A stretch of 64,000 nt of DNA from Ylistrum balloti (Eukaryota): contig NW_026781958.1 in the NCBI RefSeq assembly GCF_031769215.1, positions 620,001 through 684,000 on the forward strand, given 5' to 3'. Under the pieces are notes generated by a model. The model did not search any database, was not told where the DNA came from, and was given only the letters and a program-made list of their open reading frames with translations. Both the position numbers and the translations under genes were made by a program. This document shows, in pieces, positions 1 through 39,678 of the stretch; position 1 is the stretch's first letter; each line of letters starts with the position of its first letter.

Positions 1-306
1 CCATAATAACGATTTATGTATAGAATTGACGAGGAAATCCCATTACAGTCATTGATGTTATAAATGTTAATGATTTGTGTAATGGTATGATTAATATGAC
101 TTCAGGAAGTAAAAGATAGCATATCAATACAATGGGCAGTAACAAACACTGGCTAGTCACAAAGATATGTACTCTCATTACAAACTATAATGTCAACGAA
201 AACTTGGAGTAACAACCTCCATTAAAATATAATATCTAAAGTGTTTTGAACGAGAACAATGAATAATCAAAATGTTCTATAACTTGTTAATAATATGGAT
301 AAAATG

Positions 307-982
307 GTGATGATATATTAGGTATGAAATTCTATGTGATAATATATAAGGTATGAAATTCTATGTGATAATATATAAGGTATGAAATTCTATGTGATAA
401 TATATAAGGTATGAAATTCTATGTGATTTTATATAAGGTATGAAATTCTATGTGGTAATATATAAGGTATGAAATTCTATGTGATAATATATAAGGTATG
501 AAATTCTATGTGGTAATATATAAGGTATGAAATTCTATGTGATAATATATTAGGTATGAAATTCTATGTGATAATATATAAGGTATGAAATTCTATGTGA
601 TAATATATAAGTTATGAAATTCTATGTGATTTTATATAAGGTATGAAATTCTATGTGGTAATATATAAGGTATGAAATTCTATGTGATAATATATAAGGT
701 ATGAAATTCTATGTGATAATATATAAGGTATGAAATTCTATGTGATAATATATAAGGTATGAAATTCTATGTGATTTTATATAAGGTATGAAATTCTATG
801 TGATTTTATATAAGGTATGAAATTCTATGTGGTAATATATAAGGTATGAAATTCTATGTGATAATATATAAGGTATGAAATTCTATGTGATAATATATAA
901 GGTATGAAATTCTATGTGATAATATATAAGGTATGAAATTCTATGTGATAATATATAAGGTATGAAATTCTATGTGATTTTT
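307..982. repeat. 29-bp minisatellite, ~23 copies
   Basis: Unit GTGATAATATATAAGGTATGAAATTCTAT, with variants GTGATTTTAT and GTGGTAAT. Confidence 0.95.
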
Positions 983-3430
983 ACCCGAATATTTCTTCTT
1001 GAGTGTTTGAAATCCCCTGGAAATTTTTTTCATTGTGTATAGATTTGCTGTCAGGGTTAGATCCAGATGAATTGATAAGCAAAGATCTACTGCAGGCTAA
1101 TTACAAATACTTTAGATGTGGATGTGTATTTGTTTAGATGAGTAATATTCCAACAGTTTCCTGACAAAGCTTCCTGTTTGTATCCTAAACAGACTTACCC
1201 AGGTTCATTTCATGATAAAGCAGTCAGTTTTATGAAAAAGTGGGGACAAAAAGGAAAATGACTGTGAAAGAAGTATTCACTCTATATGGATTATGACACT
1301 TTTATCAAAGAAAACTGTTCATTCCTTACAGAATAGTTATTGAGTGAACTTTTATTAATTTTTCAGTAAATTCCATCATATTTTTTTATATTCATATTTC
1401 ATATTTTTAGATACATAGGTTTTCTTACATTCTGAAATGTCTGGTTTTCACAACAACTTCAAAATCAATTTCATGTTCATGAATATTCATGATCATATTC
1501 AAACTGAATATCTTGTTCATAATCATCTGCTTTGAGACTTGAAGAACAAAACTACTAAAAAAGCTATATGGATAGAGACAGCAGTCATTTTTTTCAGCAT
1601 CAAGACTTTTTGAAATGGAACACATTTGTGCACATATTTTTTGTAACAGAGACATTAAGTTTGAACAACCATTCCTTTATTCAGAGGGAGTACAGAAAGT
1701 AAATTTTATGTAAACACTGAACACAAACATTACACCATATGGAGAAAAATAATTTCACTTTTGATACAATTAAAATACTGAATCCACAAAATGGTACTGC
1801 TTCCAAAGAATTTGAAAAGTATGCCGCATAAAGTTTGAGTGATAGAATGGGTTTGAAATAAGAGAGTAGTCTTCTTTAAAACCACCAAATAAGATAAACA
1901 AAATTTATTTCAGTGAGAATCTGGACAGAATAATAGGCAACTAAATGAAAACTTCAGTGGATGTGTGCCCGAGATGACAGATATGCTATCATTTAATTAG
2001 GTTACTTGGCTCTTCATGATAATGGATTTTTTTTGTGTTCTGATGTTGCTTTCCCCAGGCACTGACCTAGTGACTATAAGATAAGATAGGAATATCAGGC
2101 TCCAGAGCAAGTCCTGAAACTAGATCCATAACTCTAGTGAGAAACCTCAAACCGGGCCTATAAACCATCAATCACGCCCCAATCAAGAACTCCAAACTTA
2201 TAATTACCTCCCCTTTGAAGCCATCCATCAACCCTTAATCAGCTTTTAAATATTGTGAGTGTATATATACATTATGCTGTACCATCCAAATTCTAACAAC
2301 TTGAATGTCAGTAAAATTGTAGCTCACTAGTTGCAGTGCATTAATCCTAGACGTTGAGTGCTCTTATCTTAAACTAACCTCTTAAATATCAGTCAAAACA
2401 TATCCCACGTCATGCTTCATTTGGAACATTTCATCCGTAAATTTTCAACTTCAAGTGATTTAAACTGAAATTGTACCCACTGTAATCATGTGGGTATGTC
2501 AAAACAGATCAGAAACTCCATTTGGAATTATGATATAAAGATTGTACCTGCCTTTCTATATACCCTGGATGGTTAATCAATGAAATGATTTGAACATTAA
2601 ATTGAATTCAGACAAACCTCTTTAAGCTAATGCAAGCAATTTGGTGCACTACAAAACTGACCCCAACAAGCCAACTCAGATAACTACTATAGTGTTTTTA
2701 TAAGACAGAATACTTCTGCTAGATTCTCTCACGTGATCCTGTCCCAAAGGGAAAGCACAGTATTTGTGTTCTTGTACATATGTATTGTTTCTACTTACAA
2801 ACATATATCTATCTGGATTTATTATCCAAGTCAGACATGGCACATAAATCTAGTCATAAATATCAAAATTTACCCCTCATTAAAGGCACTAAACACTTTC
2901 CTTCCTGCAGGACTACCACATATAATATCAACAAGCTTATATACTGCTTTTAGCATCAGCAGTTCTCCCTTGCTTAAAAGTCACTTTTGCTGTATCCCTT
3001 TCTGATCCTTAAACTTGGTTTGTTTTACCGCTTTCTACCTTTGTAGAGACAAAACACATTCACAGGGCTATTTCAGACAGATTTTTTAACAGATTTTGAA
3101 TTATTCTGAATTTGAGAAATCGGTAAGATCAGTAAGGGTATATAATCACGACAGATTGAAGGAGTCTGTGACTCAAGAAGTCTAAGTGGATTGTCGGTGC
3201 ATGTTAACCTGTACATCAGAGCTGTGGGAGACTCTCATTGGAATTTCATATCATTTCTTTAACCAAGGTTTGTTAGGATTATATGAAATCATTGTCCTCT
3301 GTTAAAGTTTGTTATTTAAAATGGCTAAATGAAACTTGGGAGTAAAAATGTCCAAGCTGATAATAAGCCAGGGCCATCAGTTACAAGTTTTGAAAAAGCA
3401 CAGAAAGGAACATACTGGTAAAGAAAATCA

Positions 3431-29038
<25,608 letters not shown>

Positions 29039-29479
29039 TGTTGGTTAATTAAACCGTCTTCTTTGTGCTCAGATGTCAAGAATTACTAAGGGTTTTGTAT
29101 ACACCGATGAACAGAAGATGATATGCTGTATGTGTTTTCTCGTTTCATATAAGCTTGTTTCCGCATAACCCCATCTTCCTTGTCACAAAAGTAACGCCAT
29201 TATTGACATGGGAGAATTATGGGATTAATAATATGTTTTGGAAAAAAGACTTTACGTGATTAGGTAATCTCTTCTTATTCGCAAAGTATAAACACATAAA
29301 AAATATAAAAATGACTAAATAGTCTCCAGATAAACGAAAAAATGAGTTAATCTACGATGAAATTTACCGGAAGTTACATTATCTCCGTATCATTGTTATC
29401 ATTTATGCACTTCCGGTGAAGACTTCTCTTTTGCCAACACGTTGCATATACCGGTAAACGATTGAAAGGGAAGCTCAAA
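29039..29479. promoter_or_regulatory. Putative bidirectional promoter and 5' UTRs shared by Ena/VASP and SRP9
   Basis: 441 bp between two divergent ATGs, CpG-enriched relative to the flanks. ETS/GABP-type motifs occur in opposite orientations: CCGGAAGT at 29367-29374 and ACTTCCGG at 29409-29416. Confidence 0.75.
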
Positions 29480-29551
29480 ATGACATTTATGACATCGTGG
29501 GAAGAGTTCTCAAAGGCTGCAGAGCGTCTTTATTTAAATGACCCATCAAAA
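29480..29551 (+). CDS. SRP9: SRP9 exon 1 (72 nt)
   Basis: caaaATGACA...TCAAAA|gtaaga. Confidence 0.96.
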
Positions 29552-30474
29552 GTAAGAATACTGCCGTATAAGTTGACATAATCCAATTCAACAATGACAT
29601 ATTTAAACTCGTGTTATGGTGCAATATGGCATTTGCGTTCAGTAGGGTATAAAGCCATAAAGAAATACTTTTGAGTTCGGTGCGCATTTAGAGAATTATT
29701 TGATATTTCCTTTTCACTAAACCTCCGCAAAACTGACGAAAGAAAACATGGTGAAATTTGGCATGTGTAGATGCTTACAAACTTCAACTACATAAATATG
29801 TCACTAATGTTACTTGTTAAATGTAAATTCTGTTATTTAACCCTCGGATCTGTTGAATTGAAATAAGTAAAATTATTTTCCTTGTTAATTGAGGAAAACG
29901 TAACACAAAATCATAAATATGTTCACCTAACACGTCACTTTCTTAATGTTTTAGTTGTACTATTTCTATAAGTTAACCATATTGTTGTTGTTCATATATT
30001 TGTTCATGTTTTAGTGCCGATATACGATCAAGTACAGACATTGTGATGGGAAAATCAATGTCAAGGTGACAGATGACTCTGTAGTAAGTATTTCACTTGA
30101 CTCTAAACATAATCAATGTTTAAACACAGAGTAGATTTTATTAAAGAAACTAATGAGTAACAACACCAGTATTCTCCATCACATTTCATATTGATATACA
30201 ACAAAACAAAAAGTATATCACGATCAACATTCTACATTAGATTGAAGAGTCTAATGAATTTGTAGCAACTTAAGCATTGTATCCAGAAGTTTTATTAACA
30301 TAGTTTAAGTTCTTATTAGGGTATTTGTTATTAGACATAATCTATTATTGTCTGCTTAATCAACATTTTCTGTTTCAGTGTTTACAATATCGTACAGAAC
30401 ATGCACAGGATGTTAAGAAATTGGAAAAGTTGACAAGCTTATTGATGAGACATATGGCATCAAAAGAAAAGTGA
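29480..30474 (+). CDS. SRP9: Signal recognition particle 9 kDa protein, complete: join(29480..29551,30015..30083,30379..30474), 78 aa; missed by the ORF track
   Basis: MTFMTSWEEFSKAAERLYLNDPSK|CRYTIKYRHCDGKINVKVTDDSV|CLQYRTEHAQDVKKLEKLTSLLMRHMASKEK* matches the SRP9 motifs WEEF..AAE.LY..DP, KYRH.DG...KVTD and QDVKK.EK. Exons are 72/69/96 nt, all phase 0 and GT-AG. AATAAA occurs at 30548 and 30556. Confidence 0.97.
30015..30083 (+). CDS. SRP9: SRP9 exon 2 (69 nt)
   Basis: gttttag|TGCCGA...TCTGTA|gtaagt. Confidence 0.96.
30379..30474 (+). CDS. SRP9: SRP9 exon 3 (96 nt including TGA)
   Basis: tgtttcag|TGTTTA...GAAAAGTGA. Confidence 0.95.
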   Translation, partial: CLQYRTEHAQDVKKLEKLTSLLMRHMASKEK

Positions 30475-33468
30475 GTTCTTAAAGTGCTGAGCAGTTACCG
30501 GGTCAAAATATGGAACAATCAATAGTACCAATGGCACAGAAGAAAAAAATAAAGGAATAAAAGACTTTGTGAAATGTAATCAAAACCACTTTTAGAGATG
30601 TGAACACCAGAAGACAAAGATTGCGCTCGGCAAAGTGTGATGATCCTGAACAAAAATACTCATGGTATAGACAATACCATGCAACTAGAGACGGTATTCA
30701 ACTACAGACTTGTATGTTGTATTCTAAATTACAGGTGTAACTGTAATGGAAGATGGTAGATATAAATGTTCCTGAATTTGAAGAACATGTGTAAGAATGA
30801 CTGATGAATAGATGTGTGAGTGATGTTTACTGTTGTGGTTTTTAATTACATTTCAATGAACTTTTTTCTTTGGTTCCTGGTGCATTTTGTTTGAGTGAGC
30901 TAATTCCAAACAATATATTGCAATCAGATTTGCAAACTATCCAGTATATTTCTTGTTGTAGAAATGTGTTAAGCCAATGAATGTGAAGACCACTTTTGTT
31001 TTTCACGTCCCATTTTACATTAAAATTTCACATGTATATGAAGAACTATTTTTTCCTGATCAGTCCATGATTGCTTTGGCTTTAGCAGTTGAACCTGCAA
31101 GAAACACGCAAGGTACAAATTGAGGGGTCCAGCTGTACCTATCCGAAACTAACTTGCTGAATATTAATAGTTTTCAGAATTAGTGTACTTGCATATTTCC
31201 AGAAGCGTTATCTGTAACGTATAAGGAAGAAAGATGGTATCATAATTTTTGCTAAATGCTTTATGCTTGACAGGAAACAATGACACTTTGTAGTTTGAGC
31301 TTTACATACATCAGGTCCAACAACATTTGGTACTTGTGTGTTCCAGTTTAGTGGAATGATTCCAGTCCAACTGAACCATTTCAACCGGATTATGCCAAAT
31401 AGGTCCATGTCAATTGACTAAAATGCCATTGCTGAAGGGGGAATAACTCTAACGAATGCAAAAAGTTCAAAATTAACAAAATCCTTTCACAATAGCGCAG
31501 AAGCCACACAAAGAAAAAATGCTTTCAAAAGATTTTGTTTAGTGAAGTGTCTCTACCAAATGTGAGATTTCACAAGTGTTCCTACCCTTTTCAATGGGCA
31601 TCTGACATCATTTTTCAGCTTTTAGGAAGTACACATATTTCAATTAAAAATTTATCACAGTAAATCATTCATGGATTTTACTGTATATGGAAATACAATA
31701 TCAGTTGATTCTACTTCTAACAGTGGATAAAACATGAAGCAAAAGAAACTATGTATGTTTTTCACATTTCTGACCTTTCATGAAAGGTTTTAATAGTTCT
31801 CCAGATCATTTATTTAAATGGATGTGTTCTGTTTGATTTTTTCTGACTTGTTATTGAAGGCATGAAAATCATTTTCAAAAAATAAAAGTTAAACAAGTTG
31901 TAAACATGATCCCAAAACTACAGGTTTTGATTCATTATATTTACAAATATATTTCCTATCATAAAGGAGTTAGTTTGGTTTTATTGTACTGAAAACTCTG
32001 AATAGGTGTCTTCAAAAGGAGGAAATAAAGAATGTCTGTCTGTCCATGTTAAAGCAATTAATTATATTTCAAAATCATTTGATGAGTTTTTTTATGCTTT
32101 GGTCTGCTTGAAGTAATAGTATAACTGTAAAATAATATACACCGTCTATAAGATTTGGGTAAATTTCGTTAAACAAATTTGTGATATCTAGGCTTTTCAT
32201 TCAAAAGTAGAGAAAAGACCAGTTATTATATTATGTTAAGGTTGAAAACTGCTTGTGTATGTTGGATGAAATTTTGAGATAAACTTCCACTAGGTCTTCT
32301 TCTAAAGGGCTTCAGAGTTCCATATACAATGATATATTTATGCTCTGTTAAAGGGAAGTAACTTTGTCTTCAAATTTGACGTAAATGAACTGATTACATC
32401 TGTATGAGATAAACTTTGTTGTAAATAAATTGTTAAACTATCATTTGTGCTTGTTTTTGTTTGGTATTTTCTTGTTTGTTTTTTTTTCACAGTGAATTAC
32501 TAAACATTTTATTAACTGAGTTTGACCAAAAATCCAGTCTACAGATGTTTTGTTGTACCTTCTACCGTTGATATTTAAGAAAACTAATCATTTTCTATCA
32601 TTTTAGATAATAAGATCACATCATTCCAACAATTTCAATTCTGAAATAAATTTCCAACAACAACAGGATTTTGTAGTACTGCTTAATGGTGGAAATTGTT
32701 GAGTAACGACCGGAAAGTACTGAACAGCATGAACATTAATGAGCTGTGACTTAAGCAATCAACATCAAAATGTTGACCAGTAGCCATTGTTCTTGGGCAT
32801 TATTTGGAATTACTGATGTTTTTTATTTTAGAAAATTATAGAGAATAAATGGTATAGATATAACAAAGTATTTTGTTATGTGTGTTTCAAGTAAAGGTCA
32901 TTGGCAATAATATTTATATTTTGACACAGATATTGCCTAGTTAATAGCCTGAATCAATTTTCATATGGTTGTAGCCGCGTACATTCGGTGAGGTGATTAC
33001 CTTTTCCTTTTGACATCTTTCCAATAACATACTTACTTATTTCAGTATTATACTATATTATAAAAAGTTCACTTATTGCAAGGACAGATAATATGTGTAC
33101 ACCAATCCCTGCTCAATGGTTACATTTATGAAGCATCCTAAGCTATCTTGAAATATGTATGTACAATAAATACATTGTTTTTGCTGTTAGTACTGGACTA
33201 CACGGCACTGTTGCTACTAGGATAACACAAACACAGAGTATTAATTATTTGATATGTATATACTTGCATGTTTTTGCCCTACCTGTGGAAGTTGATGTTG
33301 TATAGCATGTGTGTATGTATTACTGTGAATTTTTTTTACTTACTCTGAAGATAAATACTGCCCTGTGTTTGTGGTTTTTCTATTGTGACATTCGTTCAGT
33401 ATTTCCTGCATGGAATGGAGTAGCAGGCAAGGGGAGTACCAGATATAAGATTTATATTTTGGCAATCG

Positions 33469-33864
33469 TTTACATACAGATAGAAAACATTAGCTCTGTA
33501 GAGCTAATTTACATACAGATAGAAAACATTAGCTCTGTAGAGCTAATTTACATACAGATAAAAAACATTAGCTCTGTAGAGCTAATTTACATACAGATAA
33601 AAAACATTTGCTCTGTAGAGCTAATTTACATACAGATAAAAAACGTTAACTCTGTAGAGCTAATTTACATACAGATAAAAAACATTAGCTCTGTAGAGCT
33701 AATTTACATACAGATAGAAAACATTTGCTCTGTAGAGCTAATTTACATACAGATAGAAAACATTAGCTCTGTAGAGCTAATTTACATACAGATAGAAAAC
33801 ATTTGCTCTGTAGAGCTAATTTACATACAGATAGTAAACATTTGCTCTGTAGAGCTAATTTACA
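33469..33864. repeat. 39-bp minisatellite, ~10 copies
   Basis: Unit TTTACATACAGATAGAAAACATTAGCTCTGTAGAGCTAA; explains ORF 33309..33986. Confidence 0.95.
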
Positions 33865-36619
33865 AGCAAATATGTGTAACAAGTAATAAACAAAACACAA
33901 GCAAAATATCTACGCATGGTAAAATACAGAAGATTAAAACAATTCTTGTTTTTAAAACAAAGTCTGAAATCTTAAATATTGATTGATTTTATGAAATATT
34001 AAATAGATTTAAAAAAATGGATCCAGAGGGGACATTTTCAGCCTCTATCTGCTGTCAAGCTTATCGCTTTACCATGTACTGACAGAGTGAAAACAAAGGT
34101 CAGTAACTGGGAGATCAGAACAGGTAGAGGAGGAAGGGTGATGGAACAGTAATAAATCTGTCTGAGATGGATCATTATCTATGTAGCAATAATTAACATC
34201 TAGTGAGGATTTATTGTTCTAGTGTCCTATATACGATTGACATACCTAAACACAACATCTGAATGAATCTAAATATCAACTGATCCAACCAAGCCACATG
34301 TCCTATGTGTGTAGCAATACTGATCAATGAGCTTTGTCGAGTAAGTCAAGACCAATCACATTCTGGAGGGGACACTTGTCAAACACTCATCATTTTGGAC
34401 TATGTACTAGTAATATAAGTTGCCTTCTTTATGATATCATTATTAATCCTTAATAAAATATTAAACTAATTTGGATTTTGAAATTATATATTTGAATATA
34501 TATTGGCTTATATCAATGCATCATTGTTTCTAAGCAGAAGTTGTTATTGTCCTTTATGTCCTTTCTGTTCGTCTTTCAACATGTTAATAATTACAAACGG
34601 CTTCAGTAGAACTTAGCACCCAAATTATCGGGAGTTATTTCCCTTTAAACGCACGTTTCACACATTTGATTGGCTTCTATTGTTTCCCAGGAAAGATATA
34701 TCTTTATTTAATAGTCTACATTTATTGTATGAAAAAACGAAAACAGAATTTCCTATCACCAGGAAATTAAAATAATAACAATTTTAAGAACGTTGTACAG
34801 AATTTGTCACGACATCTTATGAGCGCTAAGTGACGTGTGGGTAAACCATTTTTATCAGACTCTAAATAAGGCTGATTTTAGTTCCAAACAAATAACGTAT
34901 GTAATATTGTTTTCTTCTATTTAATTTTATTCCAAAAGTGAGTTGACTAGTGCGCCGCACGGTGGAACTAGGGGAAGCTACCATATCAAATATTCATTTT
35001 TATCATACAGAACTCGACAGAAAGACAAAAGTAGCTCGCAAGGTTTGCCCTTTTTACAGCTGATATTTTAAGACGGTGACCAGAATTCTCTATATACGTC
35101 TCTGGCTACGTATTGTATCTATTGTACTCTTCTCACCATGTATCCTTTTGTGATAATTTGCCAGTCTTTCATAAATTACGAAATTTCAATTCCCAAGCCA
35201 CTTTACAGAACTACAAAAGACGGCACACATGCATGTACTATATACGTGCACACCATATATGCAAGTAAAGTATACACCGGAAGTTAAAGTTATTTCCTAA
35301 AGTCCCTGATATCAAAAAATATCCTTGTCACGAAAATTGATTAATTAAACATGTAAATAAACAAAAGTAATGGTTCAAATCGTAGGCTTACAACAGGTTG
35401 GAATGTATGTACTGTCTATTGCAGATGTATTCGTTGGTATTCATCGCGATACTTTCACCATTTCAGAAGTTGGTTAGTGTTGTGAATTTTCAGTGACATA
35501 TAAGCGCGGTTATGGAGAAACGTGAAACGAAAATCTTAACCACTATACTTCTTTATTTATACTTGTCATAATGCCATTACATACAAAGAAACTGAAGCTG
35601 TACCCTACTTTGTTGAAATTTGCACACGATTTCGTTAAACCTGGTAAAGTAAAAGATACGTTTGATGTTTAATGTTTTTGGTACACAGAAAACTCGTTTC
35701 ATAACGGGAAATAGTCTGCTTACTGCTTATTCAAAACATTGCTGCTACTTCGTTTGAATTTGCATATTGTGAAGAACAAATTGTGATTTTTTTTTTCATT
35801 TTAATACATTGTATACGGAGACAAGTGCGTAAGTTTCCATGTACGTACATGTGCTTTCTTCGTCATGTCATATTATCCTATCTTGTGACATAATTCTTAT
35901 TAATGAAAACAAAATACAAACAACTGTGGTAGTTAGACAACACCGTGGTGTCTTTGTGAGGACTATTTTGTGAGATATAGATCTGAGTATGAGGAAGCCA
36001 GCTGTCCCACACAGTTCAAACTGAAACTCCTTACATATGCATGCGTCATACTTTAGTGATTATACTATCAACATTTTCTAAGGTTCTAATGTAGTTAGAA
36101 TGTTCAGACAACTGAAACATAGACTTGTGGGATGGAATCTTTTGACAATCGATTTTTAAGTTGAAACGCACGAGGAAACAAATCCATTCAAAAACTATCG
36201 ATTTTCCCGTCCATTCCGTTCCTAAAAACCCTTTGCGCAGTGAGTTTAATGATGAATCATGTGTTTTAAAAAATCCAATCTTGTGTAGATGTCATTGCCT
36301 GCAGGAAGCGAAGAGTCTTTCTTTTGACGGAATGAACTGTGATTGTAGCCCACAAGTATATCTAATTCCGCTTGATTCTGTTCGTCTGTAGTTTCAACCA
36401 ATAGATACCAAAATATACATGTACGTGAAAAACTTGTTATGGTGATACTATGGTACTAAGGTTGTACATGTGAAGTGGTGTCAATTTGTAATTTTACGCT
36501 AAAATTCTATAATCTTAACATCGTTTTATACTTCTTTTGAACAATCGTATCTCTAATAGTACTTTATACACATACTTGATATTTCAGATATACAGCTTTT
36601 GTAGTATTTGCCTAACTAC

Positions 36620-37420
36620 CCTTTCGGGGCCCGCCCCTAAGTTCCTTGGGACATTTTCTGAATTTAAGAATTTATTGCCTAACCTTAATGATGTTTGAAT
36701 GAAATCCGTTTAAACTTTAAAAAAGAGTAGCGTTTTGAAGCAAAGTATTGTTTAACTTCCCTTTTTGGGTCCCATCCACAGGTCTCTAGGGATGGCTTTG
36801 ACTTCCTGATTTTCAAGAAATGATTCCCCATCGCTGATTTTCAGACCAAATGAAAGCAACGAATCATCGTTACTCTTTGGATAAAACTCTTATCGTTCCT
36901 ATAGGAGAAGTAGGGCTTGGTCCATTTCCTTTATTAAGTCCTGCCCCTCCTGCCCCAAGAGGCTGTAACACACCATTCAAAATTGCTTCCCCTTCATCCA
37001 ACAATGCTTCAGATTAAATTGGGACAAAATACGGACATTCCTAGTGGAGGAGTAAAATTATGAACTATTTGGTCTGTTTCCCTTATTTGGTCCCTGCCCA
37101 TACCCAGAGGGGTCAAAGATAAGGTTTGGACTAAATTCGGTAAAAATCAAATAATTCCAAGTAGAGTTTTAAACAATTTGCTCCATTTTCCTTATTTGGC
37201 TTTGCCTCGCCTGTCCCAGGAGGCCAAAATCCACAATTAATATAAAGTCGATTCCATTCCATCCAAGAATTCGTCAGACCTTATTTGGACAAAGTCAAAT
37301 AATTTCTGCAGGAGGAGTAGGATTTTTATAGAATTTCCTCTATTCCCCCTTTTGGGCCCAGCCCAGGGCGAGACTTAAGTTCCAAAAAGTGACCTTGACC
37401 TTTAACATATGATGCATTTT
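36620..37420. mobile_element. Degenerate interspersed repeat with ~150-160-bp GC-cored subrepeats; related segment at ~39140-39500
   Basis: A recurrent TT(T/A)GG(G/T)CCC.GCCCC...CC.AG.GG motif at roughly regular spacing. It resembles the satellite-like cores of bivalve non-autonomous elements, but this was judged by eye only. Confidence 0.4.
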
Positions 37421-38068
37421 GTTTGTCTAAGGTAAATAGGTCTAAATGAACATACATATGGAATTAAAATGTTGAAGCATTGGTATATTTAAGCAATTTT
37501 AAAAAATGAACAGTGACGAGGGTATGTTCATGTTGTACAAGTTCAGAGACGGATGACGTGCTGCGCTAAACAGTAGATCCTAGACAAGACATTTACGAGA
37601 TAATTGTGCGATTTTTCTTCTCTTTGAAGTTGGTTTCACAATCAATTACACATATCTTGGGATCAATGTGCGTACATCTAGGGACAAAGAAAAACCAACA
37701 TAGCATAAGAAACTTGCAAGAAATTAAAAAAAAAATAAAACAAATTATAACTATTAAAGGGCAGGTTACAGAAACCCTTATCAAGGATTTCAAAAACAAT
37801 ATGGACGATATAACAACAAAACAGGTTGCATTGCCTCCATCATGGACTTTATCGTATCTTTTTTTAATTTTTAATTTCTTCACTTTACCACAAGAAATGT
37901 TTGAACATTTCAAACCCAAATCTAAATTTAAACAACATATACCATATCAGAAGGCAAATTAAGATGTCATGACCTTTTCGATATATATAAAAATCAAACA
38001 CAGGCATTGCTACGGCATTCTTGTCCCCAACCGGATATCAAGTTTATCGCTAAACGATCTACTAACGG

Positions 38069-38533
38069 AGTAGAACGAAGGGCAAGTGACTATGGGAAAT
38101 TAGAATGTACTGAAGGAGTGAAACCAGGAGCAAGCAATTCTGGGAGATCAGAATGTACAGACGAAGTGAAACGAAGGGCAGTATTTCTGGGAGATCAGAA
38201 TGTACTGACAGAGTGAAACCAGGAGCAAGTAATTCTGGGAAATCAGAATGTACAGACGAAGTGAAACGAAGGGAAGCAAATCGGGCAGATCAGAATGTAC
38301 TGACAGAGTGAAACGAAGGGCAGTAACTCTGGGAGATAAGAATGTACTGACGGAGTGAAACGAAGGGCAGTAACTCTGTGAGATCAGAATGTACTGACAG
38401 AGTGAAACAGGGGCAAGTAATTCTGGGAGATCAGAATATACAGACGGAGTGAAACGAAGGGCAGTAACTCGGGCAGATCAGAATGTACTGATGGAGTGAA
38501 ACGAAGGGCAGTAACTCTGTGAGATCAGAATGC
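38069..38533. repeat. 47-48-bp minisatellite, ~10 diverged copies
   Basis: Unit approximately CAGAATGTACTGACAGAGTGAAACGAAGGGCAGTAACTCTGGGAGAT. Confidence 0.9.
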
Positions 38534-39586
38534 GTTTTCGGCAGTTGGTTAAACGCCACCAGTGTGCTGTCAGAAATTTATAGGTCCATGTCGAAACCAA
38601 TGTTCGAACGCCCCATTGAAATATCAAATTAACAATGGTGCTGTGATATTGTCTTCCCAAATTCCACGAAATATCTAGGTCAATATCATGGTATGGTTTT
38701 GGTCATGGAACAGCATTATTTCTATGAAGGAAAATGTGGAACAATAGTTCAATTTGTCCCGTAAACTGTCAAATTCGCTTTTGGTGCGATACTTTTCTTT
38801 CAAGTAAGATATTTTGCTTACATTTGTACTCATTTTGACACTTGTCACGCGCAGCAGAGTCAGCTGCTCAGTCGTCTTCTTGAATTCAGATTTACACCAC
38901 TTTATTTGAGAGTTTTTCATATCAGAGGTAGAAAAGTACCCACATTCCATGCATCATGAGTGGACAAGTCGGTCGCTGTTCCTGTTCGAACACTGGTCAG
39001 GTTAGTCTACTTACTTCCGCAGGTGAATATCTGACAGTAAAAAGTTACGAAGAAGAAAACCATTAACGGAGATTTTGAGTAAAAACTTATCAGGTTTCAT
39101 TAAAGGGTGGGTATAAAGTTTACTGTCTGCAAATGGGAACTTCTAATACTTCACCCAAGCATGCTTCAGACTAATTTGGGACAATATCAAGCAATTCCCG
39201 AAGAACAATATATATTTTAAAGAAATCAATAGATTTCCCCTATTGGGCCCCGTCCCTCTGGCCCCAGAAGGCCAAGACCCAGCGTTTATGCAAAACTGAT
39301 TTTCCTTCATCCATACATGCGTCAGGCCTAATCTGGACAATGTCCTGCAATTCCTGAATAATAAGATAGATTTTAAAGAAATTGATCGTTTTCCCTACCG
39401 GGCCCTCCCGACGCAGCATTTAAACAAAATTGGTTCCTGATTTCCCAATGATGCTTCACACCAAATTTGATTGAAATCCGCTCTGTCATTTATGAACCAT
39501 TGCAACATATAGTAAACGTTGACGTTAAAACGTTAAAAATGATCTAACGAATAAGCAACGGCCCGCTTGCGCGATCTTATTAACCA

Positions 39587-39607
39587 CCCCCTCCTCCCTC
39601 CCTCCCT

Positions 39608-39647
<40 letters not shown>

Positions 39648-39678
39648 CTCTCCTACTCTCTCTCTCTCTCTCTCTCTC
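39587..39678. repeat. C-rich plus (CT)n microsatellite
   Basis: Directly read polypyrimidine tract ~1.1 kb upstream of the phosphorylase ATG. Confidence 0.9.

Noticed and set aside
307-982. Regular short repeats as CRISPR arrays (also 15480-16312 and 20927-23112)
   Set aside because: Units are head-to-tail with no unique spacers, there are no cas genes, and the context is a spliced animal genome.
1040-1660. Possible Ena exon 4 or decayed gene (donors near 1198 and 1427; a YMDYDT DxD-like string)
   Set aside because: The candidate exons contain stops in the required phase-1 frame, and the similarity to glycosyltransferases is too weak.
30471-30476. GTGAGT donor consensus overlapping the SRP9 stop codon
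   Set aside because: The protein already ends at the expected length, AATAAA signals follow within 90 nt, and no downstream exon was found.
30900-31800. Relatively stop-poor frames downstream of SRP9, including ORF 31208-31408 with a vague GPCR TM3-like look
   Set aside because: Multiple stops in all frames, no consistent TM spacing and no splice support.
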